Part shown: piece after piece, positions 39,973-50,828 of the stretch
How the letters are laid out: every line of letters starts with the position of its first letter
Numbering within the stretch: position 1 is the stretch's first letter
From: an uncultured delta proteobacterium
GTDB lineage: Bacteria > Desulfobacterota > Binatia > UBA9968
Length of the DNA stretch: 64,000 nucleotides
Assembly (NCBI GenBank): GCA_963745835.1
Contig: CAVUZH010000016.1
Span: 497,742-561,741 of the forward strand
Direction: 5' to 3'
Translations under genes and position numbers: made by a program
Notes under the pieces: model-generated
Told to the model about the DNA's origin: nothing
Seen by the model: only the letters and a program-made list of their open reading frames with translations
Database searches by the model: none

Positions 39973-41493
39973 GTGAAGAAAGCCTTGATCGCCGGCGCGA
40001 CTGTTCTTGCTCTGGTGATTGCAGCAGTTATCAGTTTGCCCACGTTTGTCGATCTCGGCCGCTTCAAAAGCATTTACTTGCCGTTGATCGAAGAAACTCT
40101 ACAGCGGCGCGTTGACCTGGACGAGGTACGGCTAAGTCTGGTGCCAAAACCTTCGATCAGACTATCGAACCTGAACATCTCGGCTAACTCGACTTCTCCC
40201 GCCGAAAGCTTCTTCACCGCGCAAGAGGTTCAACTGCGCCTCAAGTTATGGCCGCTGCTAAGCGGGCGCTTTGAAATCACTGAGTTTGTGCTGGACAAGC
40301 CTGTGTTTACGCTGCAAAAGGCATCCAAGCGTAGCTCTAGTTCCAGTATCCTGGCGGACAAACAAATTCCGGTAAACAGCGGAGCCGAATCAAACAAGCT
40401 CGCGCCGAAACCTAAACAGCCGGACAGCGCCGCTATCGCTTTGACAATTCCGCGCCGGCTGCGCATCAAAAACGGGCAGTTAAACATTATCACCGCAGAA
40501 CCAACCCCCGTGCGCATCCATGGCATCGAACTCCTCATGGAGGAGTTCTCAAGCGAAGGACCTTTCCCATATCGCGCGACCTTCAATTATCCGGGCTTAA
40601 AGACGGTTACATTAGCAGGACAGCTCGATTACCAGGATGAACAAACAAAACTTATCCTTAACGACAATCACCTAACAGTGCAGAACTTGACTCTGCCGCT
40701 GGAGGGAAGCATCAGCAATCTGGCCACTGCGCCGCGCTTCAACTTGGTTTTGGCAGACGAGAACGTGGATGCTGGGACGCTGATGCAGATCCTCGCAGTG
40801 TTTGGTTTAGCGCCAGCAGAGATCGACATTTCAGGGCCGATTGGCTTGCGCATTGCGGTGAGCGGCCCGGCGAGCAATCTGATGACACAGATCCAAAGCG
40901 AGTTCAAAAATGTAAGGCTATATGGCAAACGGGCGATCAAGGGAAATCTAAACGGCGCAGTTACGCTTCGTTTAGGTGCCGGCGGCGGCTCCGAGCCGAC
41001 CAAGCGATTGCAAGGCAATGGCAAACTATCGGCGCGCGAGGGCGAATTGACCAACCTTGATCTGATAAGAAAAATTCAACGCGCCACCGGCGCCATCGGC
41101 TTCTCCGAGAAACAACGTCGCGAAGCAACCACATTTAAGACTCTGGATACGGAATTTACTTTGAGCAACGGTGTCGTCGACTTCTCACGCATTCACCTGG
41201 TAAACCCGCAGCTGGAACTTCAAGGCGGCGGAACCATGACCCTGGCGCATCAGGCGCTAAATGTCGGGATCGACGCAACTCTTTCGCCTCAGGCTTCCAG
41301 TAAAGCCAGCCGTGGTAGAACCAGTCAACTGTTCAAGAACCAGCGCGGCCAGCTGGTGGTGCCGCTCACGGTTACCGGCAGTGCGCAGAATCCGGCGGTA
41401 GATCTGGACAGCGGGAAATTGGCGCGGCGCGGCGCCCCGCGGTCCATGGAAAACAGTTTGGCAACCTTTTTCCGGCAGCTCTTCCGCCGCTGA
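39973..41493 (+). CDS. AsmA family protein
   Basis: N-terminal TM anchor, LKLWPLLSG, beta-rich body, and C-terminal VPLTVTGSAQNP. GGAGG RBS. Confidence 0.8.
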   Translation: MKKALIAGATVLALVIAAVISLPTFVDLGRFKSIYLPLIEETLQRRVDLDEVRLSLVPKPSIRLSNLNISANSTSPAESFFTAQEVQLRLKLWPLLSGRFEITEFVLDKPVFTLQKASKRSSSSSILADKQIPVNSGAESNKLAPKPKQPDSAAIALTIPRRLRIKNGQLNIITAEPTPVRIHGIELLMEEFSSEGPFPYRATFNYPGLKTVTLAGQLDYQDEQTKLILNDNHLTVQNLTLPLEGSISNLATAPRFNLVLADENVDAGTLMQILAVFGLAPAEIDISGPIGLRIAVSGPASNLMTQIQSEFKNVRLYGKRAIKGNLNGAVTLRLGAGGGSEPTKRLQGNGKLSAREGELTNLDLIRKIQRATGAIGFSEKQRREATTFKTLDTEFTLSNGVVDFSRIHLVNPQLELQGGGTMTLAHQALNVGIDATLSPQASSKASRGRTSQLFKNQRGQLVVPLTVTGSAQNPAVDLDSGKLARRGAPRSMENSLATFFRQLFRR

Positions 41494-41514
41494 CAGCGCG
41501 AGCTAATCGGCAGT

Positions 41515-42882
41515 TTAGGTAACGGCCGTAATCGATTCTTGACGAACGATTAAGCTCTGCAGGGTTATACCATCGAGTGTCGCGGCAACAGATTGGTCGA
41601 CCGCAAGCAGCAGTTCATCGATACCATCAGGCTCTCTGAGATAAATACCAGTGCCTTTGGTAGGACCTCCGGCAGTTCTGACGCAATCCAAAATCTCTTT
41701 GATCCTGATTCTTTCGGCAGCGCGGCCGAGCACAAACCTTTCTTCGTCGGCCAACGGCAACACCAGTCGGGATTGCTGAAACATGTCCAAAAAATCTTTA
41801 ACCAAAGCCGCCGGCAATTGCAGCCGATTCGCCAGATCCGTAATACTCATCGGACTGAATCCTTGCTGGAAATTCCGCCCTATCAGGAGCAGCAACTGCA
41901 ACGCAAGCTTCTCCCGTCCCGCCGGGCTCCGCGCCAGGTTCTCATGCTCACCGTAATAGAAACCTATGTGCTGATGCGCATGGGATACTTGTGCTCCTAA
42001 CAAGACAATCAGCCAGCCGACATACAGCCAGAGGAGAAACAGCAGTAGGATGGCAAAGCTGGAGTAGATAGCATAGTAACGCGTCGATGAGGCCACAAAT
42101 GTGGCAAATCCCCAACCAATTGTCTGCCAAAGTAACGCGGCCACGACACCGCCGACCAGCGCCGAACGCAATCTGACTCGGGTGTTCGGGATAAAGAGGT
42201 AAGAAAGTGTGAATGCTCCCCATAGAGTGACATAGGGGACCAGGCGAAGCAGCGTCAGCATGACTGTTCCGAATGGTTCCAGCGCAAGCAAATTACGAAC
42301 GAAAGAATTGCTCTGCAATGTAGCCGTAATCGTCAGCGCCGCGAACACCAGCACCGGACCGACTAAAAGGACACTCAAGTAATCGCTGAATCTCCGCGCA
42401 AGCTTTCTCGGAAATCTGACCCGCCAAATAGTGTTGAAGGCCTGTTCAATGGTGCCCATCAGAGACAACACGGTAATGAAGAGGGTCACTAGGCCCACGC
42501 TGCCGAGGGCTCCTGCGCTCATCTTGTCAACGAAACCGATCAAATGGCTGGTGACCTCTTGGGCTTTGTCACCTAACGGAGCGAGCGCTTCGGCGAGAAC
42601 GGGCTCGATGCGGTTGTGGACCCCAAAACCCTTCAAGATAGAAAAGATGACGGCGAGCAGGGGTGCAATCGAAAGCAACGTTTTGAAGGCCAACGCCATC
42701 GCCTGGAGTTTGACGAGATTCTCAATAAAATCTCGTCCGACCAGAAAAACGATCTTGATGAAGAAACTGAGCAGTCTTTTCACCCAGGTGAGATCGGCAG
42801 GTTCAGCTTGCCAAAGCGGGTCGAGCACCCTGCTCCTAAAAGCTCGCATGGACTGTATCTTTTCATGGGCAGTTGTTTTCAT
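41515..42882 (-). CDS. YihY/virulence factor BrkB family membrane protein with a C-terminal Rrf2-like wHTH
   Basis: ALAFKTLLSIAP, IEQAFNTIW, YLFIPNTRV, IYSSFA, W..VLLGA, followed by a helical wHTH tail. Confidence 0.88.
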   Translation of the reverse strand: MKTTAHEKIQSMRAFRSRVLDPLWQAEPADLTWVKRLLSFFIKIVFLVGRDFIENLVKLQAMALAFKTLLSIAPLLAVIFSILKGFGVHNRIEPVLAEALAPLGDKAQEVTSHLIGFVDKMSAGALGSVGLVTLFITVLSLMGTIEQAFNTIWRVRFPRKLARRFSDYLSVLLVGPVLVFAALTITATLQSNSFVRNLLALEPFGTVMLTLLRLVPYVTLWGAFTLSYLFIPNTRVRLRSALVGGVVAALLWQTIGWGFATFVASSTRYYAIYSSFAILLLFLLWLYVGWLIVLLGAQVSHAHQHIGFYYGEHENLARSPAGREKLALQLLLLIGRNFQQGFSPMSITDLANRLQLPAALVKDFLDMFQQSRLVLPLADEERFVLGRAAERIRIKEILDCVRTAGGPTKGTGIYLREPDGIDELLLAVDQSVAATLDGITLQSLIVRQESITAVT

Positions 42883-43072
42883 CGGTTTTAAGTCTTACTC
42901 GGCGCCAGATCTCGAAACAGTTTCCCGTCTGCGACGGCAGTGCTGCAACAATTCAGCGTTCCCTTTTTTTCCGGCCAGACCACATGGGTGGCGATTGACA
43001 GCCGTCATAGAAGAAGAGTCGTTTGAACGCAAGAAAAAAGGGCTTGATTCCCAATCGCACGAGCTAGCGGTC

Positions 43073-43717
43073 CTAACCGGGCGGGCAAATCCCGGCGATA
43101 TTGTCGACCTCTTCGGTAATCTTATTAATCGCCGCAGCAATTTTTGTTAGCGCGGCTTCCTCCGATAACTCAGAACCGATCGGGAATGGCTCGCCGTACG
43201 ATATAAAGTTGCGCGAGAAAGGTTTGGGAACAAGATGGCGATCCCACGATCTAAGAAACAATGGCCATGAGCTTGAAAAACTGACAGGTAGAATCCAAGC
43301 ACCGGTTAATCGCGCGAGGCGCACGACTCCTGGCTGCACAACCCGAACCGGGCCTTTGGGACCGTCAACCGTCAAAGCTCCGTTGCGACCCGCCCGCATG
43401 AGATAGACCATGCGGCGCAAAGCCTCGCTCCCGCCGCGTGTGGTCGAGCCTCGGACTACCGCATAACCGTTGTTTTCCAGCCAGCCAGCGATGATGTCGC
43501 CGTCGTTAGACTTCGAAGCCATAGTGACAAATCCCTGCCCGCGGTGCGCATCGGTAATGAGAAACATCCGGCCATGCCAAAGTGCCAGAAGAATCGGAAC
43601 ACGGCGGCTCTGCAGATCGGCGAAGTACTCGCCATGAAGTACTTCCACTCGCATCGTGGCGCGCAGGAGCGCGATTGCGCCGCGCAGCGACGGCATCAAA
43701 ATTGTCGAGCCTCTCAT
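43073..43717 (-). CDS. DUF374 lysophospholipid acyltransferase family protein
   Basis: ALWHGR, SKSNDGD, VRGSTTRGG, TVDGPKGP, SWDRHLVPKPFS. Confidence 0.88.
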   Translation of the reverse strand: MRGSTILMPSLRGAIALLRATMRVEVLHGEYFADLQSRRVPILLALWHGRMFLITDAHRGQGFVTMASKSNDGDIIAGWLENNGYAVVRGSTTRGGSEALRRMVYLMRAGRNGALTVDGPKGPVRVVQPGVVRLARLTGAWILPVSFSSSWPLFLRSWDRHLVPKPFSRNFISYGEPFPIGSELSEEAALTKIAAAINKITEEVDNIAGICPPG

Positions 43718-43914
43718 GATTTTGGCTCTTTAACACCGAGTTGTGCGAAAACAATTCGGTAAATCACCCGAAGCGCGCGAAATATCCGGACCAGACTGTG
43801 GTTATAGATTGCAGTCGTTGCAGCGCCATTGGCTCATAATAAATGCAATTTAGTCGCTCGAAAAGTGGCAATTTCCGAATTATCAACGCACAAGTATTGC
43901 TAAGATCGCTTACT

Positions 43915-43942
43915 TTGACTGAAAGTCTACTTTCGCTATAAT
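43915..43942 (+). promoter_or_regulatory. Putative sigma70 promoter of glmU-glmS
   Basis: TTGACT-16 bp-TATAAT, 11 nt before the ATG. Confidence 0.55.
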
Positions 43943-43953
43943 CGATAATCATC

Positions 43954-45348
43954 ATGAACGATATCGGCGTCATTGTTTTAGCGGCTGGACAAGGTACCCG
44001 GATGAAATCGGACATTCCTAAGGTGCTTCATCGCCTGGGCGGCTCGCCGTTATTTCTGCACGCTTTACGGGCTGCGCAGCAATTAGAACCGTCCCGGATT
44101 GCGGTTATAGTCGGACATGGCGCCGCCGCTGTTCAACAGGCCTATTCGGGCGACGATCTATCGTGGGTGATCCAGGAAAAACAGCTCGGCACCGCTCATG
44201 CGGTGCTGTGCGCCAAACCAACATTTCTTGGGTTTACAGGGGATATTCTAATCCTCAGCGGCGATGTTCCTTTGATCCATGAGAACACGTTAAAGCGACT
44301 GGTCGATCAGCACCGCGGGCAACAAGCAGCGGTAACGTTATTAACCGCAAAGCTAGAGGATCCGAAAGGCTACGGCCGAATCGTACGGGATAATAAGCAA
44401 CAGATTGCCCGTATCGTTGAAGAGAAAGACGCTTCGGATTTGCAAAAACAGATTCGTGAAGTGAACGCCGGGATCTATGTCGCTGCCGCGCCATTTCTTT
44501 TTCCTGCGTTGTCGCGCGTCAGCGATCACAATCGCCAGCGGGAGTACTATCTGCCCGATATCGTCGCGATCGCCTTGAGCGAAGGTCAAACCGTGGCAAA
44601 CCTACAGGTCGATGATGCTCGTGAGATGATGGGCATCAACACTAGGGAGGAGCTCGCCCGCATGGAGAAGAGCTTACAAGAAGAGATAAACCGCAAATGG
44701 ATGGCCCAAGGAGTCACCTTAAAGGACCCGACGACCACCTACATCGAACAGGGCGCGACCATCGGCAAAGACACGGTCATCGGCCCGAACACTCATCTCT
44801 GCGGCACGACCTTGATCGGTGAGCGATGCCGTATTGACGGCAGCGCATATCTGACCGACGCGCAGTTGGGTGACGAAGTTCATTTGCGTTTTTCCGTCGT
44901 CCTAACCAGCTGTCGAGTCGCTAACGGCGCAATCATTGGCCCGTTTGCCCATTTGCGTCCGGGCACGGACTTGGGCCGCAACGTTCATATCGGCAATTTC
45001 GTGGAAGCTAAAGAAGCCAGGCTCGGCGATGGCACCAAGGCTAATCATCTGACTTATCTCGGTGATGTGACGATAGGCCGCGATAGCAATATCGGCGCTG
45101 GCACGATCACCTGCAACTATGATGGATTTCAAAAATATAAAAGCAAAATCGGCGATCGCGTTCAGGTCGGTAGCGATTCGACGTTGGTCGCGCCGATCAC
45201 TTTGGGTGATGACGTCTATGTCGCCACTGCGACCACGGTTCGTCATGACGTTCCCGACGGAGCTCTGGTCTTTAACGACAGGCAAGAGCGGCTTCGCGAA
45301 GGCTGGACCGAGCAAAAGCGCATGAAAATGAAAGGAACCAAAAAATAA
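43954..45348 (+). CDS. glmU: Bifunctional UDP-GlcNAc pyrophosphorylase/GlcN-1-P acetyltransferase
   Basis: LAAGQGTRMKS, QLGTAHAV, EYYLPD, GPFAHLRP, NIGAGTITCNYDG. Confidence 0.97.
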   Translation: MNDIGVIVLAAGQGTRMKSDIPKVLHRLGGSPLFLHALRAAQQLEPSRIAVIVGHGAAAVQQAYSGDDLSWVIQEKQLGTAHAVLCAKPTFLGFTGDILILSGDVPLIHENTLKRLVDQHRGQQAAVTLLTAKLEDPKGYGRIVRDNKQQIARIVEEKDASDLQKQIREVNAGIYVAAAPFLFPALSRVSDHNRQREYYLPDIVAIALSEGQTVANLQVDDAREMMGINTREELARMEKSLQEEINRKWMAQGVTLKDPTTTYIEQGATIGKDTVIGPNTHLCGTTLIGERCRIDGSAYLTDAQLGDEVHLRFSVVLTSCRVANGAIIGPFAHLRPGTDLGRNVHIGNFVEAKEARLGDGTKANHLTYLGDVTIGRDSNIGAGTITCNYDGFQKYKSKIGDRVQVGSDSTLVAPITLGDDVYVATATTVRHDVPDGALVFNDRQERLREGWTEQKRMKMKGTKK

Positions 45349-47177
45349 TGTGCGGTATTGTCGGATATATCGGCAGTCGCGACGCGGCGCCATTGATTTT
45401 GGAAAGCCTTCGAAAGCTCGAGTACCGGGGTTACGATTCGGCTGGCATTGCGGTTCTCAACCACGGTGAGGTGGCGATTCGCCGCTGCGAAGGCAAACTG
45501 ACCAATCTGGCAACCCTGCTCGGCCGGCAACCTATGTCGGGCCCGGTCGGCATCGGTCATACACGCTGGGCAACTCACGGCCGTCCTTCAGAAACCAACG
45601 CTCACCCGCATCGCGCCGGGGACGTGGTCGTCGTTCATAACGGCATCATCGAGAATTACTTGGAACTGAAAGAGCAGCTGACGAAGAGAGGAACTCACTT
45701 CAGTTCGGAAACCGACAGCGAAATCGTCGCTCATCTGGTCAGCGAAAAAATCGACAGGGGAATGGATTTCCTGGACGCGGTGCGCCGTACTTTGCGCGAA
45801 ATCCGCGGCTCCTACGCCTTGCTGTTTCTCAATCGTCGAGATCCGCAGCGGCTCATCGTCGCGAAGAACTCCACGCCGATTGTTATTGGTTGGGGCGATG
45901 GCGAAACGTTCATCGCCTCCGACATCCCCGCGCTACTCGACTACACTCGCAAGGTGACGTTCCTGGAAGATGGGGAGATCGGCGAAGTGACCGTCGGTTC
46001 GTATCGTCTCTTTAACGGCACTGGTAAAGCCATTCGCCGTCCGGTCAAAGAGATCACCTGGGATGCGGTGGCGGCACGCAAGGGCGGCTACGCTCACTTC
46101 ATGCTCAAGGAAATTCACGATCAGCCGAGGGCTTTAGCAGACACATTTCGCGGCCGCATCTCATTGAAGAATGGTGACGTTTCTCTCGAGGGAATTCAAT
46201 TAACTCAGAGCCAGGTGAAGGCCATCAAAAGAATTCATCTGGTTGCCTGCGGCACAGCCTGGCACGCCTGCTTAGTCGGCAAATTCATGCTCGAAGAGAT
46301 CGCGGGAATTCCGGCGGAGGTCGATTACGGATCGGAATTCCGTTACCGTTCGCCGCTGATGGACCCTCGATCGATTTTGTTGATGGTCAGTCAATCCGGC
46401 GAGACCGCAGATACCTTGGCGGCAACCGAAATAGCGCGCGCGAAGAAGGCAAAAATTCTGGCGATTTGCAACGTCATCGATTCCTCTATTGCCCGTAAGT
46501 CGCACGGCGTTCTCTACACCCACGCTGGACCGGAAATCAGCGTTGCCAGTACCAAAGCATTTTCAACGCAGCTTACCGCTCTGTATCTGCTAGCCGTGGC
46601 ATTAGGAAGGCGCAACGGCAAGCTGAAGCAAGCCGATGCTAGAAAATTACTTCGTGACCTGATGCATTTACCGACCTGGATTGAAGATGCTTTGAAATTG
46701 GAGAGTGAAGTCAAAGAACTGGCGCGCGAGCTCATGCACAGTCAGGATTTTCTCTATCTGGGCCGCGGCCTTAATTATCCGATTGCCCTTGAAGGGGCTC
46801 TCAAGCTGAAAGAAATCTCTTACATCCACGCCGAAGGTTATCCGGCCGGCGAAATGAAACACGGGCCGATTGCGCTGATCGATGAAAAGATGCCTGTGGT
46901 CGTGTTGGCGCCGCGAGACCGGTATTTCGAAAAAACCATCGGCAATCTCAAGGAAGTCGAATCCCGCGGCGGTAAAGTGATCGTCCTAACCGACGATATC
47001 AAAACAAGCCGCGAAGTCTCCGCATTTCGGTTGCTAACGCTGCCGAAAGCATCGCACTACCTGACCCCGATCGTTATGACAATACCGCTCCAATTGCTGG
47101 CGTATCACATTGCGGTTCATCGCGGCACTGATGTCGATCAGCCGCGCAATCTCGCCAAAAGTGTGACGGTTGAATAA
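45348..47177 (+). CDS. glmS: Glutamine-fructose-6-phosphate aminotransferase
   Basis: MCGIVG, EYRGYDSAG, HTRWATHG, SQSGETAD, PRNLAKSVTVE. Confidence 0.98.
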   Translation: MCGIVGYIGSRDAAPLILESLRKLEYRGYDSAGIAVLNHGEVAIRRCEGKLTNLATLLGRQPMSGPVGIGHTRWATHGRPSETNAHPHRAGDVVVVHNGIIENYLELKEQLTKRGTHFSSETDSEIVAHLVSEKIDRGMDFLDAVRRTLREIRGSYALLFLNRRDPQRLIVAKNSTPIVIGWGDGETFIASDIPALLDYTRKVTFLEDGEIGEVTVGSYRLFNGTGKAIRRPVKEITWDAVAARKGGYAHFMLKEIHDQPRALADTFRGRISLKNGDVSLEGIQLTQSQVKAIKRIHLVACGTAWHACLVGKFMLEEIAGIPAEVDYGSEFRYRSPLMDPRSILLMVSQSGETADTLAATEIARAKKAKILAICNVIDSSIARKSHGVLYTHAGPEISVASTKAFSTQLTALYLLAVALGRRNGKLKQADARKLLRDLMHLPTWIEDALKLESEVKELARELMHSQDFLYLGRGLNYPIALEGALKLKEISYIHAEGYPAGEMKHGPIALIDEKMPVVVLAPRDRYFEKTIGNLKEVESRGGKVIVLTDDIKTSREVSAFRLLTLPKASHYLTPIVMTIPLQLLAYHIAVHRGTDVDQPRNLAKSVTVE

Positions 47178-47249
47178 GCGGCAGTTATGGCGGAATTCAA
47201 TTGAATTACGCCCTCCAAGGATGTGCCCGAAACTCAGACGGCAAGCCTG

Positions 47250-48251
47250 TTATAGCGCAAGCTCGCGCAGTTGCCGTGCCGCGCTTTCCGGCGCCACGGT
47301 ATTGATATAATAGCCGGATGCCAACTCAAACCCGGCGATTTTAGAAATTCTTGGCAAAATCTCCAGGTGCCAGTGATAGTGGTCGCGCTTCGCTTCTTTG
47401 AGTGGCGCCGAGTGAAGCACGTAATTAAGCGGTGCATCGACAATACCGGCGAGGCGTTGTAAGGATTGCCGTAGCATGAACGCCAGTTGGCGGAGCTCGT
47501 CGTTCGCTACCGAATCAAACATGGGCGAGTGTTCTTTAGGCATAAGCCATATTTCAAAGGGAAACCGAGACGCGAACGGGCAGAAGCCAATGAACGCCGC
47601 GCTCTCAAGTATTATGCGGCGCCCATCCGAGCGCTCCCTGTCACGCATCTCGCAATAGAGGCAGCTCTTCGTCGTATCATGATGGGAGACCAGTGCGCGC
47701 CACTCGTGGTCTATCTCACGCGGAACTATGGACATTGCCAGCAGTTGCGAATGGACATGCTCCAGGGTCGCACCCGCCGCGCTTCCTTCGTTTTTGTAAA
47801 TAAGAATCGATTTCCAGCGCCGATCGTTCTGCAGAGTAATCAGACGTTCTCGATACGCCCGCAAAACGTCTTCAATCTGTCCCTCAGCCAGCTCCGCCAT
47901 GCTTAGGCAATGTTTCGGGCTCTCAATGATTACTTCGTGAGCGCCGACTCCGCCCACAGCAACGTAGGCCGAACCGGTTGGTAAAGAGATGTCTCCCATA
48001 CTGTCCAGAGCTGGATACTTATTAGGTACGACCCTGACTCTCCAACCGGGCGTATTGGCTGGAGTCGATGGATCGCGATAGGCAAGAACTTCAGGTGGGG
48101 TGTCCCCTTCCCGGCCGGCGCAGAAAGGACATGGTTCGTCTCGGTCGGACTCTGTCCTTGGTTGGTTAGCATGAGGACGATTACTTCGTTCAGTGGCGAT
48201 GATCACCCAGCGGTCGACAACTGGGTCTTTTCTTAATTCCGATATTGCCAT
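47250..48251 (-). CDS. galT: Galactose-1-phosphate uridylyltransferase family
   Basis: ELRKDP, CPFC, RVVPNKYPAL, GAHEVIIE, HVHSQ, YHWHLEILPR, AGFE. Confidence 0.9.
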   Translation of the reverse strand: MAISELRKDPVVDRWVIIATERSNRPHANQPRTESDRDEPCPFCAGREGDTPPEVLAYRDPSTPANTPGWRVRVVPNKYPALDSMGDISLPTGSAYVAVGGVGAHEVIIESPKHCLSMAELAEGQIEDVLRAYRERLITLQNDRRWKSILIYKNEGSAAGATLEHVHSQLLAMSIVPREIDHEWRALVSHHDTTKSCLYCEMRDRERSDGRRIILESAAFIGFCPFASRFPFEIWLMPKEHSPMFDSVANDELRQLAFMLRQSLQRLAGIVDAPLNYVLHSAPLKEAKRDHYHWHLEILPRISKIAGFELASGYYINTVAPESAARQLRELAL

Positions 48252-48355
48252 CTGCCGATTTAGCTGGTTCACGGCGCCCCTCTGGCAACAATTCACCGCC
48301 GTCGCCGTGTTACGCCTGGTTCTGTCGTCGTCCTTTTTGACATTACCGTAGTCCG

Positions 48356-48961
48356 CTATCCCTTCGACCTTGGCCGGTAATCCTTAGCGAAAAAATAAAT
48401 TTCAGATGATCCTTTCCGGCTAGCATCAGGCCGGGTACGCTGAACCGAGCCAAATTGCTTTTCCAGTTCCGCGGAAAAGATTCGAAGTTCTTCACTGACG
48501 AAGCTCTTGATGAGAAAGCTGCCGCCTGGTCTAAGCAGTCGGTTTGCGACGTCCACGGCTGTGCGGTTCAATTCCAAGGAGCGCGCTTCATCCGTATCAC
48601 GGATGCCGGTCAACTTAGGCGCGAGATCAGAGATGACGCTGTCAGCAGGGCGCCCTAAGTATTCCATGATCCGCTGTTCTGTTTCCGTCGCGGTAATGTC
48701 ACCTTGTATGACGATGATGTTCTTTTGGTGAAACGCCTCGATCGGCTGAAGATCCACACCAAGGACTTTACCGCTGGGACCGACCAGCTTTGCCGCCACT
48801 TGAATCCAGCCGCCCGGCGCCGCGCCCAAATCGACAATTAACTGGCCCGTTTTAAAGATGCGAAAACGCTCCTGCAGCTCAAGCAGCTTATAAGCCGCGC
48901 GAGAGCGGTAGCCTTGCTGTTTGGCCTTTTTATAGTAGGTGTCGCGGAGCTTGTAACTCAT
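48356..48961 (-). CDS. rlmE: 23S rRNA U2552 2'-O-methyltransferase
   Basis: YRSRAAYKL, DLGAAPGGW, SDLAP, ASRKGSSEIY. Confidence 0.95.
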   Translation of the reverse strand: MSYKLRDTYYKKAKQQGYRSRAAYKLLELQERFRIFKTGQLIVDLGAAPGGWIQVAAKLVGPSGKVLGVDLQPIEAFHQKNIIVIQGDITATETEQRIMEYLGRPADSVISDLAPKLTGIRDTDEARSLELNRTAVDVANRLLRPGGSFLIKSFVSEELRIFSAELEKQFGSVQRTRPDASRKGSSEIYFFAKDYRPRSKG

Positions 48962-48982
48962 TGAACCAGAGTGCTGGTACCC

Positions 48983-49015
48983 AAAAAAAAGGCCCAGCTT
49001 GAGGCTGGGCCTTTT
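48983..49015 (-). terminator. Rho-independent terminator downstream of the OmpA-family gene
   Basis: ggcccagc-5 nt-gctgggcc stem, followed by T8 on the minus strand. Confidence 0.85.
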
Positions 49016-49031
49016 ACGATTGAAGTTCTTC

Positions 49032-49793
49032 TTATTTCCCTCTGACCTCGAACTCTACTCGTCGATTTACCGCACGCGCCCATGCCGTCGGTTGGTTGAT
49101 CAAAGGCTTCTCCTCTCCTTGAGTCACTGTCGAAATTCTCGCTTGATCAACTCCTAAAGCGGTTAACTCTGTCATGACACGCTGCGCCCGTCGCAGTCCG
49201 AGGTTTTTGTTGTATTCCGCACTACCTACCTCATCGGTATGTCCCTCGATTACCACGGAGATATCGCCTTTTGTCTTAAGTTTCTCCGCGGCCAGATATA
49301 CGTTGCCCTTTCCCCAGTCAGTGAGCTCGGCCGAATCGAACTGAAAAGCGATTCCCGGAAAGACGAACTTCTCCACTTCAACCACTTTTTGAACGTCCCT
49401 ATAGACAATCGTTTCCTTGGGGACCTCGACGATTTTGACGATCTCACGCACAGGTTCCTGAGTGACGGCTGCAACCGGAGGAGGCGGTGCTGGTTTCACC
49501 GGTGCGCTTCGAGGCATGCCGTAATCCCGATTGGGCTGTGGCTCGGCCAGAACCGGCGGATGCGGTCGATGGCCGAAGATTTCCTCCATTGGCTCATTCG
49601 CGCTAACGAGAAAATGAAAAGGCCGAAAAACTACTTGTTCGACCAACCATGCAGCCGGGTGAAGCAAGTATGCGACGATTCTCAAGGGATGAGACTGGCT
49701 GTCATCGTACTCATCCGGGGCCGCGGAAGCGGGTTTCAGTCCCAGCGCAAACCAGACGGCAAAAGCTGCGGCGATCACTCGTGGGTGTCTCAT
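49032..49793 (-). CDS. OmpA-like peptidoglycan-binding protein with an uncharacterised N-terminal region
   Basis: Signal peptide, Pro-rich linker, FQFDSAEL, IEGHTD, YNKNLGLRRA, NRRVE. Confidence 0.88.
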   Translation of the reverse strand: MRHPRVIAAAFAVWFALGLKPASAAPDEYDDSQSHPLRIVAYLLHPAAWLVEQVVFRPFHFLVSANEPMEEIFGHRPHPPVLAEPQPNRDYGMPRSAPVKPAPPPPVAAVTQEPVREIVKIVEVPKETIVYRDVQKVVEVEKFVFPGIAFQFDSAELTDWGKGNVYLAAEKLKTKGDISVVIEGHTDEVGSAEYNKNLGLRRAQRVMTELTALGVDQARISTVTQGEEKPLINQPTAWARAVNRRVEFEVRGK

Positions 49794-49940
49794 AGAAGCC
49801 CTCCTTAAGAGCTCGAACCGTAAGTCTAGGTTGCGGTGTTTTCTTTGTCAAACCAGATTTGTCGAGATGTAAACTTCTATCCCATTCGTTACACGTGTAA
49901 TTGACTCGCCTTTTGTCACATTCAACGGTATAGGGATGAC

Positions 49941-50702
49941 ATGGGGTTAAATAAAGAAAAGGAATCGCGGGTAACCTCCATTACCATTGAGCATCCGCCC
50001 GTAAACGTACTCGGTATCGAGTTGTTGCGAGAGCTAGACCAAGAACTATCGGCATGCGCTGCGGATGGCACAACCGACGTCGTGGTCCTCCGAGGCGCCG
50101 GCACACGCGCCTTTTCTGCCGGCGTGGATGTTCGCGATCACACCCGGGAAAAGGTTCCCGAGATGCTCGAGATCGTGCACCGGGTCATTCGCAAGCTGTT
50201 GGGTCTGCCACAGGTGACCATCGCAGCGGTTCGCGGAATATGTTTCGGCGGCGGTTGCGAGCTTGCAACTTGCTGTGACTTTATCGTCGCGTCGGAAGAT
50301 AGCTCATTTGCCACCCCAGAGATAAATGTGGGTTGTTATCCGCCGGTTGCGCTGGCGCGTTTCTCGACGCTGATCGGATACCACCGCGCCGCCGAAATGA
50401 TTCTTACCGGACGGCGCTATAGCGCCCGAGAAGCGCTTGACGTTGGATTGATTAACCGTGTCTTTGCGGAAGATCAATTCGACAACGGTCTGACATCGTT
50501 ACTCGACGAACTTCTTTCAAAAAGCGGAGCCGTAATGCGGATTGCGCTGAAGGGCTTGCGAGAGTTGTCTTTGCGAGATTTTTCCGGCGCACTTAGCCGA
50601 TCCGAGGAAATCTACTGCCGTGAACTGCTGCACACTGAGGACGTGGATGAGGGCGTCCAGGCATTCCTAGAAAAAAGGACGCCCAATTGGAAGCATCGTT
50701 AG
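49941..50702 (+). CDS. Enoyl-CoA hydratase/isomerase (Dch-like)
   Basis: PPVNVL, FSAGVD, CFGGGCEL, PEINVG, EGVQAFLEKR. Confidence 0.88.
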   Translation: MGLNKEKESRVTSITIEHPPVNVLGIELLRELDQELSACAADGTTDVVVLRGAGTRAFSAGVDVRDHTREKVPEMLEIVHRVIRKLLGLPQVTIAAVRGICFGGGCELATCCDFIVASEDSSFATPEINVGCYPPVALARFSTLIGYHRAAEMILTGRRYSAREALDVGLINRVFAEDQFDNGLTSLLDELLSKSGAVMRIALKGLRELSLRDFSGALSRSEEIYCRELLHTEDVDEGVQAFLEKRTPNWKHR

Positions 50703-50828
50703 GTCACATGCGGGCCGTTCGGCTTGTCAGGCGACAAGTATCAATGACGCCCCGCTCTAGAGAGTTTTGCGCCGCCGACAGGAAACTCACGTGGGTGAAT
50801 CGTCGCCGCTATCGAAAGCGGGCGGCCA

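Noticed and set aside
45300-45350. glmS ribozyme
   Set aside because: The glmU stop overlaps the glmS start (TAATG), leaving no leader.
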